The position numbers and the translations under genes are program-made. Shown here piece after piece: positions 24,678 through 33,877 of a stretch of DNA of 64,000 nucleotides (position 1 is the first letter of the stretch; each line of letters opens with the position of its first letter). Source of the DNA: Alphaproteobacteria bacterium (lineage in GTDB: Bacteria; Pseudomonadota; Alphaproteobacteria; SP197); NCBI GenBank assembly GCA_964291265.2, contig OZ219747.1, positions 2,944,001 through 3,008,000 on the forward strand, given 5' to 3'. A model generated the notes under the pieces. That model ran no database searches, was not told the DNA's origin, and saw only the letters and a list, made by a program, of their open reading frames with translations.

Positions 24678-24970
24678 CCACCGGTTCCGGTCACGAAAGG
24701 CGGGTGCACGTGACGGTCACCGGCCGCGTACAGGGCGTGTGGTACCGGGCATGGACACGCGAGGAAGCGCGCGATCTCGGTCTTGACGGTTGGGTTCGCA
24801 ACCGTCGTGACGGTTCAGTGGAGGCGGTCCTTGCCGGCAGCCGGGAGGACATCCGGACCATGCTGGGCCTCCTGGAACAGGGCCCGCCGCTGGCCGTTGT
24901 CGAGACGGTCACGTGGGAGCCGTTCGCGGAAGAGGTGGCGTGCGGTTTCGCTCAACGCTCCACGCTGTGA
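24674..24970 (+). CDS. acyP: Acylphosphatase
   Basis: VTGRVQGVWYR, GWVRNRRDGSVE. Confidence 0.93.
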   Translation: MTTGSGHERRVHVTVTGRVQGVWYRAWTREEARDLGLDGWVRNRRDGSVEAVLAGSREDIRTMLGLLEQGPPLAVVETVTWEPFAEEVACGFAQRSTL

Positions 24971-25593
24971 AACACGTCCCCGAAGGTCTCTTCCATGGCC
25001 GTGCGCAGCGCATCGGCATCGGCATCGATACCGAGCGCCGCCAGGGATGTCACGCCGTGAGACCTGATGCCGCAAGGCACGATGCGTTTGTAGGGCGCGA
25101 GATCCGGTGCGCGGTTGATGCTGATTCCGTGATACGTCACCCAGCGGCGCACGCGTATGCCGATGGCCGCGATCTTGTCCTCGCGGCCGCACGGCTCGAC
25201 CACCCAGACCCCGACGCGGTCCCGGCGGCATTGACTCGTCACACCAAGGCACTCCAGTGTCCGGATGACCCAGGTTTCAAGGCAAGCGACAAAGGCATGC
25301 AGATCATGTCCCCGGCGGGCGAGATCGAGCATGACGTAGGCAATCTGCTGTCCCGGTCCATGCCAGGTGTAGCGGCCGCCACGCCCGGTGCGGTAGACCG
25401 GAATGTCTCCTGCATCGATGAGTTCGTCATCCCGCGCACTCGTTCCCGCCGTGAAGAGGCTCGGGTGTTCGAGCAGCCACACCGTTTCCGGCGCTTCGCC
25501 GACGCGAATGTCGGCAACCGTCTCCTCCATGGAGCGCACCGCATCCGGATAGCCCACCGGCCGGTCGCTCACCTTCCAGCGAACAACACTCAT
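24952..25593 (-). CDS. lipB: Lipoyl(octanoyl) transferase
   Basis: WLLEHP, RGGRYTWHGPGQ, KIAAIG, IVPCGI. Confidence 0.95.
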   Translation of the reverse strand: MSVVRWKVSDRPVGYPDAVRSMEETVADIRVGEAPETVWLLEHPSLFTAGTSARDDELIDAGDIPVYRTGRGGRYTWHGPGQQIAYVMLDLARRGHDLHAFVACLETWVIRTLECLGVTSQCRRDRVGVWVVEPCGREDKIAAIGIRVRRWVTYHGISINRAPDLAPYKRIVPCGIRSHGVTSLAALGIDADADALRTAMEETFGDVFHSVER

Positions 25594-25861
25594 GGGCCCC
25601 AGCCTAGCACATCACGAACACCTCCCGGAACCAGCCCGCTCCTGATCACCGGTCCATGCTCTGGCCTTGCCGTGCGGACCTGATGCCATCTCCCGACACG
25701 TCATCCGTCCACCGACATGACCTTGGCAGGTAAGCCGGAAACACTCGGGCGAACGTCTAGCAGGTCCGCTTAGCACACCCTTGCCACGGTCGTACATGTC
25801 GATACACTTGCATTCCATCGACATGACCATCGATCCCTGTCGGTGACGTTCCTGCTGTGCG

Positions 25862-26297
25862 TTAAGCCGAAGTTCCGGACGATTTCCTGCTGATCTTCAC
25901 AACAACTCGCTGATTTTGCGCTATTTGTCGGATCCATCAGGTTTCACAGTGTACCCATGTACAAATGCATCTTGTGTTTGACATATGTCCGTGGTGCGCC
26001 TATGCAAGGTAGCCATGTATATCGAAGCCCTCAACAACTGATCCCCTCCATGCGCCATCATGCTCCACGAGCCCCCGGCGCGAAGCCGGAAAGGTCAAGA
26101 AGCGCACACACCGTGGCGCTCCACCTTGCGGGCGCCGGGCCCTTCCAGGTCACCACGCGGCCCACGCCGCTCCAGAGAAGAGCACTCAAGCTCCTCGGCG
26201 TAAAGCCGTAGTGTACCCAGTCAGACGCCTCTGAGATCCATATAATGTCATTTGTATCAGACAGTTGCGCCTGATCGGCCCTGGAACTTCGGGCTGG
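25862..26297 (+). mobile_element. Internally deleted IS1634-family element (mini-IS)
   Basis: Imperfect terminal IRs (TAAGCCGAAGTTCC / GGAACTTCGGGCTGG); degenerate transposase N-terminus MYIE..SPP.AIML..REAGKVKKRT joined to C-terminus TRPTPLQRRALKLLGV*. Confidence 0.7.
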
Positions 26298-26319
26298 TCC
26301 CGGGCCTTTCAACCACCCA

Positions 26320-27025
26320 CGCGAGTATAGGGATGTTACTCCCGCCTTCTCTCGCCAAGTGCGTCACGCACCTGGATCGCTCGCCGACCGCAAGGCCTTC
26401 GAGAAGGTGCTGCAGGAAGCACGCACGATCGCCTGGCTCAGACCCGTCGTCACCTTCGATCCGTACCATGCCGCCATCAATATCTCCGACGCAAACCGCC
26501 CCGATGGCCAATCATGTAGAGTGCCCTTCCTACAATGTCAAGCGCATATCTCCAGAGGATTGGAAAGGCAGCCAACGGAACCCGCTCCACCGGACAGAAC
26601 GGTTGACACGCAACCTCGGCGCGGGGTGCCGGATCACGTTGCAGACCCCTCCCCATAAGGCCGGAACGTGGAGCTGAAGCCGAAGATCGATCCGCTTCTT
26701 GTCAGCCGGAACACGCACATCCGGTCATCGGCAGCGAGCAAGTGAAGGCGGCAAGAGAAAATGCCGGATCCGAACCCGTCAGGAAAAACAATTCGTCATC
26801 AGTAAGGGGGGGGGGTGAGTAGATAAGCCGACAGACCGGATCCTGGCATACCTGGGCGACCACGGGCCATGCACCCGCATGGACGTGGTCCGCGGCGCGA
26901 CGGAATACGATCCGCGACGGCCCGGCCGCGGCATGTTCTACCAGAGGATCAAGCGGCGCGAGCGGTTCGGGCTGATCGACAGGGCTATTCTTTTGTCCGG
27001 TTTCGTCCGAAGGGGGGCGTTGTAG
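26320..27025 (+). pseudogene. Possible degraded RepA/AAA_25-like helicase with C-terminal wHTH
   Basis: Frameshifted fragments VVTFDPYHAAINISDAN and PTDRILAYLGDHGPCTRMDVVRG; weak motif resemblance only. Confidence 0.25.
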
Positions 27026-27196
27026 GCAGATCTGGAGGTCCATTCGGGACCGGATTTCGTTGTCGATATGCCGGTTCCGACCTCGAGAAGGTGCCACCAA
27101 CTTCAAGAACGGTCACTCTGACGCAGTTGTCCACCGCCGGTCGCGACAACAGAATGGTCCTGCAGCGTCACGTGATTCCCAAGGACCTCGCCAACA

Positions 27197-28188
27197 CAGG
27201 GCTTTGCTTGTCGTCCCGACGCTCGGCGCACGCAGGCTGATTTTGGGGTGGACATCCCGTTTTCGCTGTGGCAGTGTGCCGGCATGACGATGCTTGCGAC
27301 CCCGGATTCCCCTATCGACCTTCGCGAGGTGACGGTGCGCCCGACCCGTGGCGCACGTGAGCACCGGCTCTGGGATCGTCTGGTCAAGGAGCATCACTAC
27401 CTGCGGTTTCACGGCATCATCGGCAAGGGCCTGCGCCATGTCGCCCTGCACGGCGAGACCTGGGTGGCGCTGGTCGGCTGGCAGCCGGGCTCGTTCAAGC
27501 TTGCTGCACGCGACCGCTGGATCGGCTGGACTGCGGAGCAGCAGTTCCGCCGCCTGCATCTGATCGCGAACAATTCCCGGTTCGTCATTCTTGGCCCGAG
27601 AGGGGTGCCGAACCTGGCGTCCCGCGTGCTCGGCCTGAGCCTTCGGCGGCTGTCCGCCGACATCGAGGCCGCGCACGGATATCCAGTGTTCCTCGCGGAG
27701 ACGTTCGTCGACATCAAGCGCTTCGCCGGAACCTGCTATCGCGCGGCGAACTGGCGCTCGCTGGGATTGACGCGCGGCTTCGGTCGCAAGCCCGGCGGCA
27801 CCGCACGCTTCCGTCACCACGGCCAGCCCAAGGAGATCTTCATGTACGAACTGACCGACGCCGCCGCCGAGGCGCTGAGCCGGGACGCGATCCCGGAGAG
27901 CTGGAACGCGGAGCAGCACGACCAAGCCGGACCGATGGCCGCGTCCGGGCTGCGCAGTCTGTTCGCCTGCCTGGGCGAGGTGCCCGAGTGCCGCAAGCCC
28001 CGGGGCAAGCGCTATCCGCTGAGAACCATTCTCGCGATCGCCGTCGCAGCCCGGCTCGCCGGCTACCGCGGCGTGAGCGCATTCGCTCAGTTCGCCGCCC
28101 TGCTCACCCAGGAACAGCTGGCGGCGGTGGGTGCGTTCTACAGCCCGTCGAAGAAGCGCTACACGGCGCCCACGTCCACAACCTTCCA
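27197..28188 (+). mobile_element. Truncated ISAs1-family element whose transposase carries an N-terminal DUF4338 domain (CDS from about 27284)
   Basis: Begins CAGGGC (ISAs1-like end); HHYL, NNSRFVIL, NLASRVL, ETFVD..F.GTCYRAANW, then ISAs1 N-terminus VPECRKPRGKRYPLRTILAIAV..LAG; breaks at PTSTTFH before the DDE core. Confidence 0.8.
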
Positions 28189-28760
28189 CACGGCGGACCA
28201 CCTCGCGGTTCAGAACCCGCGTCATCACCGACGGCGTGCAGCCGTCGCTGCATGTGGACTACAAGCATTCGCGTATCAAGCAGTCCTTCAAGGAGGGCCG
28301 TGCCCTGCGAACGCAGAAGGTGATCAACAACACGTACGACTTCGGCATCAAGCGCAGACTGATCAACCTCGATGACCTCAAGGAGGTCGGCTTCCACGCC
28401 ACCCGACGTCTTCTCGACGTCCAACGCATCAGTCACGACTGTCCGATCGGAGCAGCCACCTTCGATGCCCTGCATCAACCTGTCGTCGTCGACGAACGTC
28501 GGGTATCCGCCCTGCGCTTCGGTGATCCACGCATCCAGGCGGTGCTCGCAGCCATCCTGTTGCATGTCTTCCTCCCCATGGGCTTCAACAATCGCCAGAT
28601 GAGAGAGGCCGTTGCCGATCTCCTGTCGACCGACACCTATGGCTCACGTCAAGCCACCTATGACCTGCGGCGCCTGCGCCTGCGGGGCCTCATCGAGATG
28701 ATACCGTCATCCCATCGCTATCGTCTGACGCAAGAGGGCAGAAGATCGCTCTTGCCGTAA
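28189..28760 (+). pseudogene. 3' fragment of an uncharacterised putative transposase family (C-terminal wHTH)
   Basis: RFRTRVITDGVQPSLHVDYKHSRIKQSFKEGRALRT..INNTYDFGI; YDLRRLRLRGLIE...HRYRLT. Confidence 0.6.
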
Positions 28761-28885
28761 GCGTTCGGCCGTGCGGTGATGGCTGATTTTGGTTGGTTTG
28801 GGTCTTGCTGACTATCGTCTGAGAAAGGGCTGGTAACTGCGCTTCTGACATCCCTCCTCGGCGCCATCAGACCGCAGCCATCAAT
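28757..28885 (+). mobile_element. MITE copy 1 (IS66-like GTAAGCG end), partial
   Basis: GTAAGCGTTCGGCCGTGCGGTGATGGCTGATTTTGGTTGGTT, shared with 58132(-) and about 59600(+). Confidence 0.7.
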
Positions 28886-28910
28886 CCACCTCCCGTCAGG
28901 ACTCGGTAAA

Positions 28911-28930
28911 AATCAGACCTGGGCAGTTAC
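28911..28930 (-). repeat. IS-end-like 20-mer shared with 59464-59483
   Basis: GTAACTGCCCAGGTCTGATT (minus) vs GCAACTGCCCAGGTCTGATT (plus). Confidence 0.65.
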
Positions 28931-29094
28931 TGTTGAGCTCGACATGGAATGCTATCGACTGGGAGAACCTCAGCCCGCTCGATCGCCGGCTTCCGATCGA
29001 CCATTGACACCGGTGCGGGAAGGTCAGGGGAACTGCGGACACGGGTACAACGCATGAATGCCCGACGTCCGTGGAATCACCCTGGCGCGTCGGC

Positions 29095-29123
29095 TTGCGG
29101 CGTACGGGATGATTGGCTATAGG
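29095..29123 (+). promoter_or_regulatory. Putative promoter of tRNA-Leu/mgtE
   Basis: TTGCGG-N17-TATAGG ending about 20 bp upstream of the tRNA. Confidence 0.55.
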
Positions 29124-29142
29124 TGCGGGTCTGCCCGTCAAT

Positions 29143-29229
29143 GCGGTCGTGGCGGAATTGGTAGACGCGCAGCGTTGAGGGCGCTGTGGGCGAGAGCCCG
29201 TGGAAGTTCGAGTCTTCTCGACCGCACCA
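29143..29229 (+). tRNA. tRNA-Leu(GAG)
   Basis: GCGGTCG/CGACCGC acceptor stem, GGTAGAC D-loop, CAGCG-TTGAGGG-CGCTG anticodon arm, long variable arm, GTTCGAG T-loop, encoded CCA. Confidence 0.97.
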
Positions 29230-29271
29230 TTTCAGCACGTGCGCCCGGAATGAGTCAGGGGGACGTGTGCC

Positions 29272-30639
29272 ATGACAGACACATCGACGACCGCCGATCT
29301 CTACGGGCTGACCCCCGATCTCCTTCGGGCGATCATCGACGCCGTCGACGCGGAGGACCTCGTGCGTCTCGAGGCGCTCGTGGTGCCCCTGCATGCCGCC
29401 GACAAGGCTGATCTTCTCGAACAGATGGGCGGCGCACAACGCCGGGTGCTGATCGAGGCCTTCGGTCCGGACATGGAGGCCGAGATCCTCCCCGATCTCG
29501 ATGACGCCGTTCTCGACGACCTGCGCAAGGTACTCGGCCTCGAGGAGTTTGCCCGGCTGGTGGGCAAGCTCGATTCCGATGATGTCGTCGAAGTCGTTGC
29601 CGATCTCGATGGTACTGTCCGTCGGGAGGTGCTGGACGCGGTGCCGGCGCCGGAACGCCGCGCGGTGGAGCAGGGTCTCACCTTTCCTGAAGACAGTGCC
29701 GGGCGTCTCATGCGCCACGGTGTCGTGGCCCTTCCGGCATTCTGGAGTGTCGGTCAGACCATCGACCATCTGAGGCATGCGGCAGATCTTCCCGATGAGT
29801 TCTATGCGGTCTTTGTCGTCGATCCCGGTCACCGGCCACTCGGCGTCATCGCGCTGGCAACACTGATTCGCAGCGACCGCGAGGTCGGGCTGACATCGCT
29901 CGTCGGGAGCGAGCCCTTGACCGTGAAGGCCGATACCGACCAGGAAGAGGTTTCCTGGCTCTTCCAGCAGTACGGACTCTCGGAAGTGGCTGTCGTCGAC
30001 GGCAACGACAGGTTGCTGGGAACCATCACCTTCGATGACATGGTGGACGTGTTGAGCGAGGAGTCGGAGGAGGACGTGCTTCGCCTTGGCGGCGTGGCAG
30101 GCACCGATCTGAATCAGGGGGTGATCGACACCACGCGCAAGCGCTTCTGGTGGCTCTTCATCAATCTCGGGACTGCGGTGCTGGGCTCCGTGGTCATCGG
30201 CATGTTCGAGGGCGCCATCCAGGAGATCGTTGCCCTCGCGATCCTCATGCCCATCGTCGCCTCGATGGGAGGCAATGCCGGCACCCAGACAATGACGGTG
30301 GCGGTCAGGGCATTGGCGACGCGGGACCTTACAAGGGCCAACGGATTGAGGGTGATCGGCAAGGAGATACTTGTCGGGACCCTGAACGGCGTCCTCTTCG
30401 CCGTGATCACCGGACTGGTCGCCTGGGCATGGTTCCAGAGTCCCTTGCTTGGCGTCGTCATCGCCATGGCCATGGTGGCGAACCTTGCCGTTGCCGGGTT
30501 CATCGGTGCGGCCACGCCTCTGGTGCTCGAGAGGTTCGGTATCGACCCCGCGATTGCCGCGAGTGTCTTCCTCACCACGGTGACGGACGTCGTGGGCTTC
30601 TTCGTCTTCCTCGCTCTTGGGGCGCTGCTCCTGCTGTGA
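29272..30639 (+). CDS. mgtE: Magnesium transporter MgtE
   Basis: LHAADKAD, EDSAGRLM, CBS pair, MPIVASMGGNAGTQ, DPAIAASVFLTTVTD. Confidence 0.96.
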   Translation: MTDTSTTADLYGLTPDLLRAIIDAVDAEDLVRLEALVVPLHAADKADLLEQMGGAQRRVLIEAFGPDMEAEILPDLDDAVLDDLRKVLGLEEFARLVGKLDSDDVVEVVADLDGTVRREVLDAVPAPERRAVEQGLTFPEDSAGRLMRHGVVALPAFWSVGQTIDHLRHAADLPDEFYAVFVVDPGHRPLGVIALATLIRSDREVGLTSLVGSEPLTVKADTDQEEVSWLFQQYGLSEVAVVDGNDRLLGTITFDDMVDVLSEESEEDVLRLGGVAGTDLNQGVIDTTRKRFWWLFINLGTAVLGSVVIGMFEGAIQEIVALAILMPIVASMGGNAGTQTMTVAVRALATRDLTRANGLRVIGKEILVGTLNGVLFAVITGLVAWAWFQSPLLGVVIAMAMVANLAVAGFIGAATPLVLERFGIDPAIAASVFLTTVTDVVGFFVFLALGALLLL

Positions 30640-30654
30640 CGCGCCGGGAAGGGT

Positions 30655-31611
30655 TCAGGTGCCCTGGAGGATGCGGGCGAAGAGATCGCGGTCGATGTTG
30701 CCCCCCGAAAGGACAAGGACGACCTTGCGCCCGGCCATGCGGTCGCGCTCGGCCAGGAGGGCTGCCAGGGGCGCGGCGCCGGCGCCTTCCGCCACGTTGT
30801 GGGTGTCGGTGAAATAGTGCCGCATGGCGGCGCGGATGTCGTCCTCGCTCGTGGTGACGATGCGCTCGGTGCCGGCGTTGATCTCGGCTACCGCGTCAGC
30901 GTGGGGCACGCGCACCGCCATGCCGTCGGCGATGGTGTCGCAACGGTTGGTGGTGACGGGTGTGCCGGTGGCAAAGGAACGGGCGTAGCAGGGAGCATTT
31001 TCGGCCGCCACGCCAACCACGGCGGCGCGAGACGCAAGTGCATCGCGTGCCCTGAGGGTGCCGCAAAGGCCCGAGCCCAGACCGATCGGCACGTAGACCG
31101 TGTCAATGTCATCATGGCTCCGGAAGATCTCGAGACCGTAGCTGGCGACGCCGCACACGAGATCGTCGTGAAACGAGGCCAGCATGTGGAGGCCGTGGCG
31201 TCCGGCGAGATCCCGGGCGTGAACCAGGGCCTCCTGGAAATCGTGGCCATGTTCGATCAGTCCCGCACCAAGTGCGCGCATCGACCTGTTTTTCTCGACG
31301 GAATTGCCGTGCGGCACGACGACGGTTGCCGGGATGCCGGAGAGGCCGGCCGCCAGGGCGACACTCTGGCCGTGATTGCCCCGGGTGGCCGCGATGACAC
31401 CTGGAACATCCGGTTCCCGTGCCTTGAGTCTCTCCATGTAGACGAGTCCACCGCGGATCTTGAAGGCGCCGATCCGGGTGTGGTTTTCATGCTTGACCCA
31501 GATTTCGGCGCCGCTGCGCCGACTGAGCAGAGGCCAGTGATGCAGGGGGGTTTCGGGAACGTGGCGGCGCACAAGCCGCTCGGCCGACTGCAGGGTCTCG
31601 AGAGAGGTCAT
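30655..31611 (-). CDS. Threonine/serine dehydratase-family PLP enzyme
   Basis: KHENHTRIGAFKIRGG, ATRGNHGQS, VPIGLGSG, SGGNID. Confidence 0.92.
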   Translation of the reverse strand: MTSLETLQSAERLVRRHVPETPLHHWPLLSRRSGAEIWVKHENHTRIGAFKIRGGLVYMERLKAREPDVPGVIAATRGNHGQSVALAAGLSGIPATVVVPHGNSVEKNRSMRALGAGLIEHGHDFQEALVHARDLAGRHGLHMLASFHDDLVCGVASYGLEIFRSHDDIDTVYVPIGLGSGLCGTLRARDALASRAAVVGVAAENAPCYARSFATGTPVTTNRCDTIADGMAVRVPHADAVAEINAGTERIVTTSEDDIRAAMRHYFTDTHNVAEGAGAAPLAALLAERDRMAGRKVVLVLSGGNIDRDLFARILQGT

Positions 31612-32906
31612 GGATGGTCTTCCATCATGATGGCATCGAGGGCCGCGGTGAGGCGGTCCACTTCGTCTGCGGTGTTGTAGTGGACGAGGGAACACCGGAC
31701 GACACCGTCGGCAGGGTCGATTCCCGTCGCTTCGAGCACCCTGGGCGCATAGAAGTCACCGGCTCCCGCGACGATGCCGCGGGATTCCAGCAACGCCGGC
31801 ACCTTCTGGCTCGCCATGCCGTCGATGGTGAAACTGAATGTGGGCGCCCGGTCGGCGTTGCCGGTCCGCCGGCGGCCGACAAGACAGACCCGGGGATGAT
31901 CCGCGGCCCACGAGAGAAAACGGTCGCAGAGGGCCGATTCGTGATTCCGGATCAGGTCGAAGACCTGGCGATAGCGAATCGAGGGATCACCGGCCGGTTC
32001 GTCGAGATGATGTCGGGCCAGGGCGTCGAGATAGGCGCCGACTCCCGCCGTCCCCGCCGTTAGTTCGTGATTGGGCGCCCCGGGGTTGAGCTTGAGCGGG
32101 ATGTCGTTCTCTGCGTGGAAGTGGAAGTACTGTCCAGGCAGTGAGAGAAGATGTTCCCGCTTTCCATACATGACACCAAGATGCGGACCGAACGTCTTGT
32201 AAAGACTGAACAGATAATAATCGACGTCAAGCTCGCGGACATCGGTGGACCTATGCGGGGCCATCGCGACCCCGTCGATGCAGACCTGGGCACCGGCGGC
32301 ATGCACCAGCGCGGTGATCTCGCGCACCGGGTTGGGACCGCCGGTGATGTTGGAGCAGTGGGAAAAGCAGACCAGCCTCGTTCTTTCGTTGAGCAGCAGC
32401 TCCAGGGTGCGGGTTTCAAGTTCCGCCGTTTCCGGGTTGACCTGCCACTCCCTGATGCGCAGGCCATGTTCGCAAAGACGCCTCCAATGGTTGTTGTTGG
32501 CTTCGTGGTCGAGGTTGGTGACGATGATCTCGTCGTTCTCGCGAAGCCCGGAGCGCATGGCCATGGCCAGGGTCTGCACGTTGCGCGTGGTCGAGGGGCC
32601 GATGATCACTTCGTCGGTTGCGGCATTGAGCATGGCGGCCGCGGTCGCCTGACCGGCCGCCATGCGCTGCTGCGCGTCCCGCGCAATCGCCGCGTTGTCG
32701 CCGGGCTGCACCTGGCACTCGCTCATGTAGGCGCTGACAGCCTCGATCACGGTATGTGGAACGAGACTGCCTCCGGCGTTCTCCATGAAGGCCCAGGAAT
32801 CGTCGAGGGCGGGAAAGAAGGAACGGACGTAATCGGTATCGAGCGGGGAAGGGGGCACGTCAGGACTCTCCTGGGATCGGGGCTGCCATGTCGCCATGGC
32901 GGTCAT
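31608..32906 (-). CDS. Class V aminotransferase / cysteine desulfurase-like protein
   Basis: ENAGGS, DHEAN, DGVAMAPH, FSLYKTFGPH (PLP Lys), VRCSLVHYNT. Confidence 0.9.
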   Translation of the reverse strand: MTAMATWQPRSQESPDVPPSPLDTDYVRSFFPALDDSWAFMENAGGSLVPHTVIEAVSAYMSECQVQPGDNAAIARDAQQRMAAGQATAAAMLNAATDEVIIGPSTTRNVQTLAMAMRSGLRENDEIIVTNLDHEANNNHWRRLCEHGLRIREWQVNPETAELETRTLELLLNERTRLVCFSHCSNITGGPNPVREITALVHAAGAQVCIDGVAMAPHRSTDVRELDVDYYLFSLYKTFGPHLGVMYGKREHLLSLPGQYFHFHAENDIPLKLNPGAPNHELTAGTAGVGAYLDALARHHLDEPAGDPSIRYRQVFDLIRNHESALCDRFLSWAADHPRVCLVGRRRTGNADRAPTFSFTIDGMASQKVPALLESRGIVAGAGDFYAPRVLEATGIDPADGVVRCSLVHYNTADEVDRLTAALDAIMMEDHP

Positions 32907-32938
32907 GCGACATCAAGGCTCTTGTCGGCAGGAACAGC

Positions 32939-33769
32939 CTATTGGCCGAATTCCGCCAGAAACTGTGTGGGCATGAGCGAAACGTGTGCTTCGAGCGGCG
33001 GGTCGAGCTCGAAGGCCTGTGCCGTGCGTGCGACATTCCACAGGCGAAACAGCCTCCATTCGCAGCGTCGTTCCCTGGCGGTTTCCAGTTCATTCCGGGA
33101 TATCCAGAAAGGGGTGCGCGCGTATCCCTTCGTGGTCTTCACCTCCAGGAGGCGAATCGCACCATCAAGAGTGAAACTGGCAATGTCGTATCCGGCGCCG
33201 TCACCATCCTCCCGGGACACCCAGCGCACGTCACGGGCAAGATCAGCACGGCCTCCGCTCGTCAGCACGGCCCGTTCATGGGCCAGAGCGAGACGTTCTC
33301 CGAAGCGGCCGAGTGCCGCCTGGTTGCGTTCGTCCCGCCCCGCGACGTCGTACCTGTCTGCGACCCGCGACACTCTTTCGTGCCCGTCCGGCAATGGATG
33401 GTTGCGACGTGTCGGCGCCGGCTCGACCCTCAGGGGCACCGCATCGGCTGGCTCGATCGCGGGCACGAAGTCCTGCCAGTCGGGATGGCAGGCGAGCCAG
33501 CGAACGACGGCATCCTCGAGAGACTCCTGGAAGTTGCGAGCCGGGGCATAGCCCTGCAACCAGGTTTCGCCGAGTCCTTCGAGGACAGCGCTGATGTTGC
33601 GGTGCTTGAACTCGATGGCTCCTCTTGACCGGGTCCCCAGGCGAATGGCCAGACGGCGGCGGTGTTCGGCCTTGCCGTAACCCTGACCGTTCAATTCGGC
33701 AGACAGCATCCCGAAGTAGTCGGCCACGACCAGGTCATTCTCGTCATCTGTCCACGCGGCGCGCACCAT
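32939..33769 (-). CDS. DUF3883 (NOV_C) PD-(D/E)XK nuclease-domain protein
   Basis: WTDDENDLVVADYF...AIEFKHRNISAVL N-terminus; LGRFGE, GDGAGYDIASF, LEVKTT, FWISRNE. Confidence 0.85.
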   Translation of the reverse strand: MVRAAWTDDENDLVVADYFGMLSAELNGQGYGKAEHRRRLAIRLGTRSRGAIEFKHRNISAVLEGLGETWLQGYAPARNFQESLEDAVVRWLACHPDWQDFVPAIEPADAVPLRVEPAPTRRNHPLPDGHERVSRVADRYDVAGRDERNQAALGRFGERLALAHERAVLTSGGRADLARDVRWVSREDGDGAGYDIASFTLDGAIRLLEVKTTKGYARTPFWISRNELETARERRCEWRLFRLWNVARTAQAFELDPPLEAHVSLMPTQFLAEFGQ

Positions 33770-33877
33770 GCTTACAGGGTAGCGGACCGGCCTGCGCCTG
33801 TCATGCGGTGTTGCGACCTTTCCTTCTGATCGGATTGGCGGCAATGTCACCGATCGGGAGACAGGCTGGAGACACAC

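Noticed and set aside
24952-24970. 19-bp convergent overlap of acyP and lipB
   Set aside because: Short 3' overlaps are common and carry no further signal
27248-28375. 375-aa ORF as a single intact protein, or as a Druantia defence system
   Set aside because: It is a chimera: DUF4338-ISAs1 breaks at about 28188 and reads out of frame into another element; no other dru genes are in the window
29143-29229. tRNA-Leu as the attB site of an integrated island
   Set aside because: No duplicated tRNA 3' end or integrase seen; mgtE follows directly
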